From NCBI RefSeq assembly GCF_006345805.1, contig NC_043003.1, forward strand, positions 23,374,001-23,438,000: a stretch of 64,000 nucleotides of DNA, given 5' to 3'. Source of the stretch: Octopus sinensis. Its lineage: Eukaryota. The notes beneath the pieces are model-generated. The model searched no databases, was not told the DNA's origin, and saw only the letters and a program-made list of their open reading frames with translations. Of this stretch, positions 24,246-38,269 are shown one piece after another (the first letter of the stretch is position 1; every line of letters starts with the position of its first letter). A program made the position numbers and the translations under genes.

Positions 24246-24567
24246 AAAATATTATTAATTCCAGTTATTATAAGAAATATTAGAAATATATCGCGTGAAA
24301 ATATGGCGTAAATAGAATTTATAGAAGAAATAGATAGAAATAAGTATTTAAGCTATTAAAATTACAAATGTATTTTAGCTGTAAGAATAAGGAAAAAAAA
24401 TTAATTTTAATATTTTATTAAATGAAAAAATTGTAAAGTCTAAATAATTTAAACACTAAAAACATGAAATCTATAATATATTAAACATAAATTAAGCTAA
24501 AATTCTATAATTGAATCCATTTTCATTAATTAATTTATTTATTTTATAAACATCTAATTTTCAACGA

Positions 24568-24680
24568 TAGAAAAAGTACTAGGCTTACAAAGAATAAGTC
24601 CTGGTGTCGATTTGTTCGACTAAAGGCGGTACTCCAACAGTCTAGTGACAGAAACAAATAAAAGAGTAAAAGAGTAATGT
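24568..24680 (+). mobile_element. SINE family 2 tail fragment
   Basis: AGTACTAGGCTTACAAAGAATAAGTCCTGGTGTCGATTTGTTCGACTAAAGGCGG...AAAAGAGTAAAAGAG. Confidence 0.8.
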
Positions 24681-24973
24681 ATACATACTACAGGAAATGA
24701 AAAATCCGTTTAAATATTCAACTTGAATAAGCACCTCTATAAATATTAAAAAAAACCCTTCCGATGTTGAATCAAACTGCAATAACACCAAATATAGAAT
24801 TTTCCTTTCCTGGAATGTGTATACAATTTTTGGCGGACTATGTATATTATTTTCGCCAATATTCTTGTTGATGATGCTACTGGTGTTGTTCTTGCTGAAG
24901 TTGGCTTCTTTGATATAACTTGATATAAGTTTTTCACGCAGCTGCTACTTTCAGCAGGTGACAAAATAACATG

Positions 24974-25826
24974 CGAGGTGGTACCCAAAAGTAACCGGAA
25001 AAGTTCTTTGTGAGACAAGCCCGCTGTAGTTCAGGCTTCCGCACGACCGCCAGCCGTCAATCTATCTGCCAGTGTTGTTCTATGAGCTCAAATTGCCACG
25101 TAGTGCGTCTCTGTTTTGCAGTGCTTCTCCCAGTTCGTCGATTTTTGCGATGGCTGGAACGAACGTGAAATTCTGTTTCCGTGAAATTCTGTTTTATGCG
25201 AGGTTTACGGCGGCCGAAAAGGTTGTCATGCTTCAAACAGCTTACATATTTACGAGTGGCTTCCACGCTTTAGGAATAGTCACTTGTCGCTTGAAAACCA
25301 ACATCGTTGAGGGCGACCGTCGACCTCCTGAACAAATGAAAACATACATGAACTGATATTAGAGGACCATCACAGAGCAATTGAAGAACTTGTTGATATG
25401 ACTTGTGTGACCTGGAGCTCCTAGCAAATATTTCTGAGCTTGGAATTGCGAATGAAAAGATTTGCAGCAAAATTTGTGCCTCGCTTGCTCACGGAAGATT
25501 AAAGGCAGCCGTAAATGAATGCGTATCGTGAAATAAAAGAACAGTTGGTAGGTGATTTGGACGTTTTTTCCATGATCATCACTGGTCACGAAAGCTAGTT
25601 CTACGGAATTTTCGGAAGTGGAAGAGGTGAAGCCAAAAACAACGGAGGCGTTGAAAGGCCTCGCTTCGCAAGTGTTCCATCACTGCTTTCAACAGTGGAA
25701 AGCACATTAGGACCGATGCATTGCTTCAAATGGGGAATACGTCGAAGGCGATAAAAGTATAAATATGTCAAACTAAGTAAGTGAAATAATATTGCAAAAT
25801 TCCGGTTTCTTTTGGGTACCCATTCG
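24974..25826 (+). mobile_element. Mariner deletion derivative (a different family from 3395/14687)
   Basis: Imperfect TIRs CGAGGTGGTACCCAAAAGTAACCGGAA / TTCCGGTTTCTTTTGGGTACCCATTCG, TA on the right; relics NVKFCF, VEGDRRP, MKRFAAKFVPRLLTED, IITGHES, WKAH*DRCIASNGEYVEGD*. Confidence 0.85.
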
Positions 25827-25967
25827 TATATATTAAAGGTAATCGAATTATACATAGAAACTATATTTACCGATATACAATACATACATACATATAGATA
25901 TGTGAGTCTGTGCGTCTATGAATGAGTACCACACAAAGACACACACACACAATTACACACACACACA

Positions 25968-26009
<42 letters not shown>

Positions 26010-27288
26010 TTAGTGATTTGAGAGAAAGTGAGAGAATGAACGGGAGATGTGTGGGCAGTATAATTTAAAGAGAAATGTCTAGAGCAGACAACAGCCTGGT
26101 AAACTTAATGGCAATACATAAATATATCGGAAGAATTATAAAGAAATATATGTTCGTGTCATTATATGAAATGGTCTTATAATATATCTACATTGCAAAA
26201 TGTAGACGTAAGAATAAGGGTATGTCAATATGTGTGCATGTTAAGAATTTTTTAATAATTTCGAATCATTTATGGTTTTTCGATTTGATTCATAATGAAA
26301 GAAAATTTCTTTCCTATATTTAAATATAAAATATTTTTTGTATGTTTCTCTAAGAATATTGACGGGTATAACCCTTGGTCAAAATTATGGCGAATTTCCA
26401 CACTTCAGTGGTTTCGATTCCCGTATCAAGCAGTGCTTTTTTCTTTTTCTTAAACAAAACACTTCACTGCACATTGCTTCAGTTTACGCAATTGCAAAGG
26501 CGTTCTAGGAATGGCTGGGAAGTTAACCAGAGTAGTGTGATAATCTCTGTTACTTAGAGACCGAGGGTAGTCTGGTAATCTCTGTTACTTAGAAACTATG
26601 GAAACTGTGTGAAGCTCCAGCTTATGTGGCCTACCGCTCAACAGACCTAAAGCTCATGAGAGACCTCGGACCTAATTACCACTTCTTATCCCGATTGTAT
26701 ACAAGAAAAATTGTAAAAATACATTGGGGTTCATGAATGAAATATGGACTCATAAAACAACAGCAACAGTAACAACAATGGCTTCAAATTCCAATGGGAT
26801 GTTTTTGATGCGAAACCTCTACGGGATCGACTTTATTAATAATAAGTAAATTTGGAAGGGAGTAAAAATACAAGGGAAATACGATACACGAATGGCAAGG
26901 ACACAATTTTGGACATTTCTCTCTCTTCCTCTTTCTCTTTCTTCCTCTCTCTTTGCTCTCTCCCTCTCGTTCTCATCCTCCCCTCTCTCACTGTTTCTAT
27001 CTTTCTTTCTCTCTCTTTCGGTTTTTCTACATACATATATATATACATACAGACTTACATACACAGAGACATACATAATACCCCCTTACACTAATATGTC
27101 AACTTGAGTATGTGTGTGTGTGTGTGTGTGTTTGTGTATACAGAAAAACAAATAACTAAAATAGCCATCTATGGATTTTACTTTAAATACATCGTTGAAA
27201 AGCAATTTATTGAGGCCCTCTGAATATCGGTCGTATTACCGGACTGTGTTTAAACACACACACACACACGCACACACACACACGCATG

Positions 27289-27366
<78 letters not shown>

Positions 27367-28533
27367 GGGAGACGGAAATGCAGCAGCAAGGGAAAGCATT
27401 TCAGCGTCGTCGCACATCCATAAAATGTACACGTAGCCAGCCAGATGTTCAGAAGAGATTTAACTCCTCTAACATATAAGAAATAGTGAATGTATATTCA
27501 CTAGGATTACAAATAGCTCCTCTTGCCTCTCCCACTGATATATATATATATATATATATATATCACATGAATAATAGTTTTTGTTCCAATATTTGTTATC
27601 GTATGAGATCAAATACTGTCTTGGTCAACTCGCTTTACTTTTTATACTTTCACGTTCGAGTGAGTTGACTGGCGGAAATCTGAAGAAGTTAGATACGGTG
27701 CACATAATTCTTATTTGATATGAATAATTCATATAATTCATATTATATTGCACAGAATTCATATTTGGTATCTATTTTGATATTGTGCGGTCTGAGGTCA
27801 AAATGCGTCCTAAGTAACTATTATAGTGGAGTAACCACGATGATACATAAGAAAGTAACTTTGCCGAGCTTAAATGTGTTGTTGTTTTTGAGTAAAGAAA
27901 ACTAAGGGCTAACTTTTTTGAAGAGATTACAACGATGACGATAGTGATACCAAGCTACTAACTTGAAAAAAGTCTTCTCGTTGGACAATACTCTATTGTT
28001 AGTATAGAAGCTTGTGTGCTTAAAGATGAAGACGTTTGATCGCATAACGAATAATAAACGAACAGCTAAGCTGGGGGCTTAATAGCAACAATAACATTAG
28101 CTGCATAAATAGCGTTTAATATATGTATTCGAACTTCTGGTGTAAAATCCCAGTCTCCCATATTCGTCACATTTACATTCGTTTCAAGCAATTTTGAATA
28201 AAATTTTACGTTCGATTTCTAATTAGCATTTTACGTCTCAACTTTTATCAGAAATAATATTTAAAAAAAAAAATACTGAAAATACAAAATACAAACTTTC
28301 CTACGTAAAACAACTTCCAATAAACTGCAAATACAACACGAAGAATAACGGGTTACATAAATATCAAAGTGACTATTTGGAATTCTAAACAGCGATTCCA
28401 AATTTACAAATAATGATTTAGAAAATCTTATTCTCATGCTTTCCTTTCGTTACCATTTCTTTTAATTACTGTTGTTTTTACTTGACTTAAGTTTTTTTTG
28501 TTCAATATGTATATACATACGTATATATACGTG

Positions 28534-28567
<34 letters not shown>

Positions 28568-29467
28568 CAAATTTATAATTATTGAAGTCTCCTGTAAGGT
28601 TTTGCTAAAAATGTGAAAACGTTTATATAAATGTTTACAGAAAATCTCATAATATTCTTCTTTAGATTCTCTTAAAGATGGCAGCTGTTATTTTATTTAT
28701 CTATTTATTTATTGATTTGATGTTTTGCACGGATGACAAATTTATAAGCAGATAACCAAATAAATAAAAAAGCAAAAGATGCAGAATTTAAACAAACTAC
28801 GAAAAAAATTCTATAGAACATCAAGAAGACAGCACAACGTTAGCAAACTTTAAATATGATTATGTATAACGAACTATAAGCAAACCTCACAGTGTAACAT
28901 AACTGAAATTAACAAACAAGCAATCAAACAAGCAAAGAGATGAGCAAAAAGAATTAAACTAACGCACAAATGAAACAAAAACTACAATGTAAAAATATTT
29001 AAAGAAGATAACGCAAATTCAAATCATGTTAGTTTATTAAATTCGCAGTTGAAATTAATGAAGGAAACGTGGAAATTTTAATGATATTGTGAATAAAAAT
29101 TATACGTCTGCTATTTGTCATTATTTGTTGTCTTTGTTCAGAAATTCAAAGATTATATTATGAAATTCATAAGGATTTATAAGATGAAGTGAGTAAGATC
29201 AGAACAGAAAACAGGATGGGGTGAAAAAAAACAAAAAAACGCATTGAAATTTATATGAGTATGCATATTTTCATCTGTAAATTTAAATTATATACGTAAT
29301 GAATGTGACTATGTATTTGTAAATCCGCATGCATGTAGGGTGTACACACACACACACACGCACAAACATATACAAATGTTATGCGTGCATGTAGACATAT
29401 GGATAGATGCATGCACTGACAGAAACACGGACCTGTGTGTATGACGTATGAATATGTATATGTTCTA

Positions 29468-29469
<2 letters not shown>

Positions 29470-29528
<59 letters not shown>

Positions 29529-29564
29529 TATATGTATATATATCAATATATATATAGATTTATT

Positions 29565-29609
<45 letters not shown>

Positions 29610-29743
29610 ATATATATACATAAATATAAGTACACATGCGCGCGTGCACTACCACACACTCTCAGTACTATACAATATTATATTGGCTACAGATTTTTCG
29701 GCTTCAATAATATATATATATATATAGATATAGATATATATAC

Positions 29744-29780
<37 letters not shown>
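29470..29780. repeat. (TA)n-rich compound microsatellite
   Basis: Direct inspection. Confidence 0.95.
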
Positions 29781-29974
29781 TTGATATTGATATTGTGAAC
29801 ATATGGAAATGTGTAAAAAACAGGAAGTGAGCCTGCTTTAATAATTTGCATTTCCATACATTTATTTCTCCATGTTTCTCGTTTCTAGCATTCGGATTAC
29901 AAAATTAATACGAAATGCAAAACGGAAAAATAAAATAATACAGTAATAAATTTGACTTAACGGGTAGAACGTAA

Positions 29975-29986
29975 TAATAATCTTGC

Positions 29987-30033
<47 letters not shown>

Positions 30034-30434
30034 TAATAATAATAATGATAATAATAATCTGGTTAGCATGCGAGTGAACGTGATTATATTGGCTTGACAG
30101 TAAGTTCTGCATAAGCTTTTATGCAGTGCACTGCAGCTCATTATAGCTGAATATATAGTAGTAGTAGTAGTAGTAGTGGTAGTAGTAGTAGTAAAAGTAG
30201 TAGTAGTAGTAATAGTAAAAGTAGTAGTAGTAGTAATAGTAAAAGTAGTAGTAGTAGTAATAGTAAAAGTAGTAGTAGTAGTAGTAGTACTAGTAAAAGT
30301 AGTAGTAGTAGTAATAGTAAAAGTAGTAGTAGTTAGTAGTAGTAGTATAGTAAAAGTAGTAGTAGTAGTAATAGTAAAAGTAGTAGTAGTAGTAATAGTA
30401 AAAGTAGTAGTAGTAGTAGTAGTAGTAATAGTAA

Positions 30435-30466
<32 letters not shown>

Positions 30467-31388
30467 ATAGTAAAAGTAGTAGTAGTAGTAATAGTAAAAG
30501 TAGTAGTATAGTAGTAGTAGTAATAGTAAAAGTAGTAGTAGTAGTAGTAATAGTAAAAGTAGTAGTAGTAGTAATAGTAAAAGTAGTAGTAGTAGTAATA
30601 GTAAAAGTAGTAGTAGTGTAGTAGTAGTAGTAGTAAAAGTAGTAGTAGTAGTAATAGTAAAAGTAGTAGTAGTAGTAATAGTAAAAGTAGTAGTAGTAGT
30701 AATAGTAAAAGTAGTAGTAGTAGTAGTATAGTAAAAGTAGTAGTAGTAGTAATAGTAAAAGTAGTAGTAGTAGTAGTAGTAGTAGTAATAGTAAAAGTAG
30801 TAGTAGTAGTAATAGTAAAAGTAGTAGTAGTAGTAATAGTAAAAGTAGTAGTAGTAGTAATAGTAAAAGTAGTAGTAGTAGTAGTAGTAGTAGTAATAGT
30901 AAAAGTAGTAGTAGTAGTAATAGTAAAAGTAGTAGTAGTAGTAGTAGTAATAGTAAAAGTAGTAGTAGTAGTAATAGTAAAAGTAGTAGTAGTAGTAATA
31001 GTAAAAGTAGTAGTAGTAGTAATAGTAAAAGTAGTAGTAGTAGTAGTAGTAGTAATAGTAAAAGTAGTAGTAGTAGTAATAGTAAAAGTAGTAGTAGTAG
31101 TAGTAGTTGTAGTAGTAATAGTAAAAGTAGTAGTAGTAGTAATAGTAAAAGTAGTAGTAGTAGTAGTAGTAGTAATACTAGTGATAGTATTTTTAGTAAT
31201 AGTAGTGGTAGTAGTAGAAGCAGGAGCAGCAGTAGAACAACACCTGTAGTAATAGTATTAGTAGTATTTGTAGTAACAGTAGTAGAATAAGTAGTAGTAG
31301 TTGCATCAGTTGTGGCAGTTTTAGTTACCATCTTCAGTAGCAATAGAAGCAACAACTCTATTCTTCTTCTTCTTCTTCTTCTTCTTCT

Positions 31389-31423
<35 letters not shown>

Positions 31424-31432
31424 GTCGTTTTC

Positions 31433-31467
<35 letters not shown>

Positions 31468-31508
31468 CTTCTTCTTCTTCTTCTTCTTCCACTTCTTCTT
31501 CTTCTTCC

Positions 31509-31558
<50 letters not shown>

Positions 31559-31623
31559 GTCGTTTTCTTGTTGTTGTTGTTGTTGTTGTTGTTCTTCTTC
31601 TCTTCTTCTTCTTCTTCTTCTTC

Positions 31624-31654
<31 letters not shown>

Positions 31655-31941
31655 TTGTAGTAGTAGTAGTAGAAGTAGTATGAGAAGGAGAGGAAGTGGA
31701 GAGGGAAGGGAAGGAGAAGTGTTGGGGAAAAAGTACAGGAGAAGATTAGGAGGAAGAGGTGGAGGAAGAGTAAGCGGAGGAAGTGGGGAGGAGGGATTTT
31801 AGTAGTTGTACAAGTAGCAGCAAAAGTTATAGTAGCAATACTACTACTACTACTACCACTACTACAACTACTACCGCTACTGCTGCTGCTACTACAACAA
31901 CAACTACTACTACTACTAGTAGTAGTAGTAGTAGTAGTATT

Positions 31942-32010
<69 letters not shown>
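29975..32010. repeat. ~2-kb trinucleotide block: (AAT)n, (AGT)n with a recurring AATAGTAAA interruption (30157-31175), (CTT)/(GTT)n, (ACT)/(AGC)/(AGT)n
   Basis: Direct inspection. Confidence 0.95.
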
Positions 32011-32974
32011 TCTTGTTTTAGTGGATGTTGTCAGAGGTGAGGGTAGCTGCGGACTAACCTCAAGGTCAGATAGAACTTAAATGTACTGGGTCATCCCTTA
32101 AAAACATGTCCTAATACAATCAAAAGCGTATCGCCCGTATATTCCTCTAGTGTTTTTGGTGTCTAAGATCGCATTTTTTGTAAGACGTTGAGGGTTTTAT
32201 TTGAGAAGAGATTCGGCTGCTATATCTCAGATGCTGACGTGTACGTTCTCGTATGTGATATGCCTATAACTGTAAGTATGTTTGTATGCGTCTACGTTTT
32301 CGTTATTATGAATTAATCATCGAAAAAGAGTTGTTTAGAATTGCCTCACTTAATATTCCTAGACACGAGAGATTAATGTGTTTAAGGTTCAACTTGAACT
32401 TTAGAAATTACGTTTGCAAAGAAATTATGTTCCATTAAAACATTCAAAATACTATAGCTATGAGTGTTGCGTACGATTGCACAGTGTGGATAGTTTTGTA
32501 TGAGAGAAGAGTAACATGCAGGGATGAAATGAAATATATTTTGATTGATATCCGTTTTGCTCTTTGGATCACAATCTTTCATTGGTTGTCCTGTTTTATC
32601 CTTTGTCCATATTGTCGTATTTTTTCTTTTATTTGGGCTGCATACAAACAGGGGCACCATCTTAAAGGATTCAGTCGATCAAGCTACTAATGGTGCTTAT
32701 TGTTTTTTTTTTAAGGTTTGGTGATTATTGTTGTTGATCGTTTTTGTCGAACTGCAAGATAACAAGGGCGTAAACAAACCAACAATGGCTTCCAGACGAT
32801 GGGGAAGCAAGAACTCGTACATACATAATGCCCTTCCACACACACACACACATAGATAGATAGATAGATAGATAGATACACACATGTATGCATACATACA
32901 TACATACATACATACATACATACATACATACATACATACATACATACATACATACATACATACATAAGCAACGA

Positions 32975-33135
32975 ACTTCCTCACTGTTTCGTTTCCTTCT
33001 ACCAAATTCACTCACAAAGCAGGCATTGGTAGAGGAGGGACTATAACAAGACGTCAGTTACGTAAGGTGTCGTAAAATGTAACTGAACCCGATACCACGT
33101 CATAAAGTGAAGTGTTTCACCGCACAAAGCCTACA
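32975..33135 (-). mobile_element. SINE family 2 head, degenerate
   Basis: GTTTCGTTTCCTTCTACCAAATTCACTCACAAAGC...ACTGAACCCGATACCACGT. Confidence 0.6.
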
Positions 33136-33189
33136 TGCGCCTACATGTAATATTTGTTTCAACTTTTTGCACAATGCCAGCAATTTCGG

Positions 33190-34080
33190 TGGAGTGGGTA
33201 AGTCGATACCATCGACCCCAGTGTCCAATTGAAACTTATTTTATCGACCACGAAAGGATGAACAGTAAAGTTGAGCTCGACGAGAGACGGACGAAATGCC
33301 TTTCAGCAGTTTGTCCGACGTGCTAAGGAATCTATCATCTCCCCCATTTAATGCTCACACATAAAACCGTTTTCAAGTTGAACGTCACAAAAAGTTAGTC
33401 TGAAAGGTATTGAATCTTCGAAGATTCGAGGAAGAAGATGATTAATAGTAATCTTTCTTAACATAGGTACAAGACCAGAAATTTAGGGGATCAGTCTACT
33501 CACGTAAACCGATAGAAGCCCTTGGTTGCTACGTTATTTCATCGACTCCAAAATGATGAATGGCATTACTAACTTCGGTGGGATTTGAACTCTGAAAGTA
33601 AAGACGCGGGACGATTCTGTCCGCCTTAATAAGTCTTTCTAATGTTGACACGGGGCCTGAAATTCTGTGGGGACGGGACGCTAATCGATTTCATTGCTCC
33701 CATTGCTCAACCGGTAGTTATTCCCTTGACTCCGAAAGAACAAAAGGTAAAATCGACCTTGGTGGAATTTGAACTCAGAAGTTAAAACCAGAAAAACGCT
33801 GCTATGCATATGCCCGGTATAGTAACAATTCTGAAAGCTTGCTGCCACCCAACACTTAATAATCCTTTCTACTACAGGCACGAGGCTAGAAGTTTCAGAG
33901 GAGGGGGCAAGTCTATTATATCGATCCCAGTCCATAATTAGTACTTATTTTATCGACCCCGAAAAGATGGATGGAAAATTCAACCTCGGCGGCCTTTGAA
34001 CTCAGAAGGTGAAGACGGACGAAATGCTGCTAAGCATTTCACCCGGCGTGCTAGCGTTTCTGCCAGCTCAACACCTTCTT
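33190..34080 (-). mobile_element. Cluster of 4 co-oriented SINE family 3 copies
   Basis: Family-3 core recurs at ~33190-33330, ~33460-33620, ~33640-33850 and ~33870-34080. Confidence 0.8.
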
Positions 34081-35629
34081 CCGACACTTAATGATTACAA
34101 AAATATATGTGACGACAGGGATTAAGACGGATGCATATTGATGGTTTTGTAGAATGTGAATTTGACAAAAACTTTGGCTGATATAACAGATTGAGATCCA
34201 AATTTATATGTGGATAGCGTATGTAACCTGATGTAAGAAAATCGCCGCCAGAAGTTGTTTAGTGTCATATAATTCAGTAAGATAAGATAAAATATAAACA
34301 TATAAAGGATAAATTCTGGTTTGAAGCATCATCCTGAATATACGAAGGAATTTGTTTTACATAGCGCCTTCAAATGACGTGTGCAGCATCCTTCATATTT
34401 ACTATTGGCATATTTTTACTCCTTTATATCGTTAAAGAATATCAATGTATATATACCAGGCCTAAGAGCGAATGAGTTGTAGTGTTGTTGATTTATTGCT
34501 TTATCATGAAGTGTTGAGAGTAATATGAATTAACTTGATGAAAACTTACGAGTTCTCAAGGCTTTTTTGGGGACTAAAACTGGAATTGTACAAAGAGCAG
34601 TCGAAATCTTGAAACAGAATAGTTTTATCACTAAATAATAGTCAACATAATGTTTTCTATGCCTTGGTAATAAATTGCTTTGTATGAAATATCGGTAGAA
34701 ATATGGTATATTTTACTAATTATACAATCGTATATATCAATGATTATTATAAAGAAACAGGTCTCCACCTAAAGCCTGGAATTAACGATGATCAAATAAT
34801 GCTAGAATATGTAGAGCAGTAGAAAGTAAAAGGCACTAAACATGTGTTTAGCTGGATATATCAAAATAACTATGGAGTTAGAAGGATGTACCGAAGTTAT
34901 TTTAAGAAGAGACGAATTAACTATAATTGAGAGCATTAGAATAGATTCAAGTGCTGAAATTAGAGAAAGAGGAGGAAAATCACCATAGAAGTACATCGAA
35001 GCGGATCTGATTGAATACCACATACAGAAATGAAAGAAGGTATCAGATAAGAATACTACTGAAGATTCAGCGTAATAACAGTGCAATCAGTACTAAAAAT
35101 ATGGAAACAAGTATAAGTATAATAGTTGTCCGGTTATCAACAACAGTTTCAAAATAATATATTTGAATATAATTGAAGAGTAGCCTAGACAAGGAAACGA
35201 GAAAACTTTTCATAGCTTTCCGAAGTTTCCATATAATATCTGCCTGATAGCATGTACGTACGATGGACAGGAGATAAACAGATCTTAGTGAAAATAAAAT
35301 ACTAAAAAGTGACAAAAGTAAGCATGAGAAAATGTCTGAAGCAAACAAATGGAAATTTTGTTTGAACAATGCATGGACAGAAAGTTGATTGAACAAAAAT
35401 GTTCTCCTCTATCACACTCTTTATTATTCGCGCTCTCTCACTCTCTCCCTTTATAAGTAAATATGTATGTATTTATATATATATGAAGAAGGAAAAGAAC
35501 GACGTCACTGGTGGTTCGAATCAGTTAAATTTTTTGATTGTATAATTTTACAGTTTGGTTTGTAGCAAGTTCTTCATTAACTTTGGTGGGGAGATTTTCT
35601 TAAAAGATTCCTTGTTAACTTTTCTGGAG

Positions 35630-36140
35630 AAATTTCTTGCATTCGTCCGAAATCAAATTACTTAACCAACTTCGAAATGAAAATCAGGAATTTTTATGGA
35701 TTACCGAAAGTTCACAAATCCAAAGAAATCGAAAGCAATATAGAAGGCAAAAATACATCATATGTCGATGTACCAAAACCGACAGGTTTAAAATTACGCC
35801 TAATTGTTGCTGCACAACATCTAAGCAACTTATTCGATATCATTCTGAAATCCCTGTGTAAAAAAGTGCCAAGCTACGTCAGAGATGATATGGAATTCCA
35901 GAACTATATCGCCTAGACAGTTCACCAATACAAATGTTAGTCAGCTTTGACGAAACAAGCTTATATACTAATATCCCACACGAACTGGGAATTGGAGCTG
36001 CTGACCTCTAGATTACAAAACACCCAGATGCTATTTCCGAATGAACACCGAAACAGTTTATTTTGGAAGGGCTCAAATTGATATTAGAACAACCATTTCT
36101 TTGATAATGAACTGTATTTACAAATAAAATGGGCTGCAAA
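35630..36140 (+). mobile_element. Penelope-like reverse transcriptase fragment
   Basis: NFYGLPKVHKSK...LKLRLIVAA...LSNLFDIILK...LVSFDETSLYTNIPHELG...FDNELYLQIK. Confidence 0.85.
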
Positions 36141-37019
36141 TCTTATCTGTCTTTTATTTGTTTTCATAAGTCGATGCGCTCATTCTATAATTCTTACGTT
36201 TTACACCTCCTTACAACAGTTTTCTGCGTTGGCATTCCCTAACTTTATGCGTCGTCTTTCGGAAAAGAAGTATAGCTGCTGATCGATGACTCTGTGTGTG
36301 TGTGTGTGCATTGCTGTTTGTATTTGTGTTGGTGTTGCATTTTGCTGGAAGATGCTTCTGTTCTCGGAGAAGCTCGTACACGACTCCAAACTTCTGGGGG
36401 GGGGGGGGTGAGGGTTGTCATTAAAAAAAGAATTCGAGTTCAACCGCCTCTAAAACACGATACTCTCGTTCGGAAACAAAATTAAGAAACAACTGCATGT
36501 AATAGCCAATAGCAATTATGTAATTATATGCCATGTTTCAAATTCGGTTCATCGATATACATTATTAAAAAAAATGAACAAAAAATATAATTTTTATAAC
36601 TGAAATATAATTTTTATCGATACGTTGTTCTTGGGTATTTGCGTTTGCGTGCTTGCAAAGTTCATTTATAAATGAAACAAGCAGATTAGATCTTAATTAA
36701 TTTTATATTTGTATCAGATATAACCGCACGATCAAGAGAATGATTGCATTTAACGAACGTACACAATACAGGAAATATCAGGAATATCAGAATTCTCAAG
36801 TGGAGAGTAATCCGAAATTTAGATATATTCACGAATCCATTCTGATATTAATCTGTTTCACATGCTGAAGCTGATTATCAAAGGAAAATTCATTTTCCTT
36901 TGATAATCAGCTTCGACTTCTTTTGAAACAGATTTATATCTGCTAGGATTCTTGGATAAATCTAAATTTATAAGATTCAAATTACATGGGTAAGAAATAT
37001 AATTATAAATCGCGTTATT

Positions 37020-37480
37020 CTAATAAAATGTAACAGATTTATGCACAAAATCACTTATATACACATATGTAGGTAGAATATGTATGTAGGAATGTATACG
37101 TGCATTGTGTATATATAAATCTGCACATATACATACAAACGAATATGCCATACAAATATATTGAAATTCCGATGCAAGACCCACACACACACATACACAC
37201 ACACACCGTATACATATATTCATATATTGATTTGCACACACACACACAGACATATATATGTGTGTGTGTATATATATATAGAGGTGTATGTGTGTGTGTG
37301 TAAAACACACACACACAAACACACATAGTTTAGCATACATATATTCATATAGTGATTTGCATACATATATGTGCATGTGTGTGTGAATGAGTGCGGTGTG
37401 TGTGTGTGTGCGTGTGTGTGTGTGTGTGTGTCTATGTGTGTGTGTTCGCGCGTATCTATGCCTGTATGTGTGTGTGTACT
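37020..37480. repeat. Degenerate (CA)/(TG)/(TA) microsatellite tract
   Basis: Direct inspection. Confidence 0.8.
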
Positions 37481-37767
37481 GCTATACTGTTATATTTGTA
37501 GTACAGAAAAACAAGATTTGGATGAGTTAGTCCTGCTATAGAATACTTATACAAGCGAAAAGAGGAAGAGAAAAAAATACCTGTGCTGCATAATGAGAGT
37601 ATTTTGAGTATGTTTGAGAGGTTCCACTTCAGAAAGATCGCGGTTCCGGTATTTCAGAGCTTTGCAACTATCTACATAGAAATATTAAAAAATCTCAAGA
37701 ACGGTATTGAGACTGAGTCTAATTTCAGATAGTGACTAACACGGTTTGACAACTGCAGTTTAGGCTT

Positions 37768-38162
37768 GGGAGTGGCCGTGTGGTAAGTAGCCTGCTTACG
37801 AACCACGTGGTTTCGGGTTCAGTCCCACTGCGTGGCACCTTGGGCAAGTGTCTTCTACTATAGCCTTGGGCCGACCAAAGCCTTGTGAATGGATTTGGTA
37901 GACGGAAACTGAAAGCCCGACGTATATATGTATATATATGTGTGTGTGTTTGTGTGTCTGTGTTTGTTCCCCCAACATTGCTTGACAACTGATGCTGGTG
38001 CGTTTATGTCTCCGTAACTTAGCGGTTCGGTAAAAGAGACCGATAGAATAAGTGCTAAGCTTACAAAGAATAAGTCCTGGGGTCGATTTGCTCGACTTAA
38101 GGCGGTGCTCCAGCATGATCACAGTCACATGACTGAAACAAGTAAAAGAGAAAGAGAAAAGA
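37768..38162 (+). mobile_element. SINE family 2, full-length reference copy
   Basis: tRNA-like head GGAGTGGCCGTGTGGTAAG...GGGTTCAGTCCC, central GGTAGACGGAAACTGAAAG, internal (TA)(TG)n, tail ...GGCGGTGCTCCAGCATG...CAAGTAAAAGAG. Confidence 0.9.
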
Positions 38163-38269
38163 GATTCGAAACATCATTTATGAGTTGCAATTTACTAAGT
38201 CTCTTATGACGACTCCAAGAATATAAGAAGAATGTTGAAACTGCAAATTTATCAAATTCCGACAAGAGC

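Noticed and set aside
26535-26600. 18-bp direct repeat TAATCTCTGTTACTTAGA with a short spacer, superficially CRISPR-like
   Set aside because: Only two units, inside a decayed SINE in a eukaryotic genome; a local duplication.
30176-31683. Long ORFs (340 aa poly-L, poly-V, poly-F/L)
   Set aside because: Stop-free read-through of trinucleotide repeats, with no coding signal.
34800-35060. Possible RTE 3' remnants (also ~48260-48420 and ~53700-54030)
   Set aside because: Only faint motif similarity, not enough to call as features.
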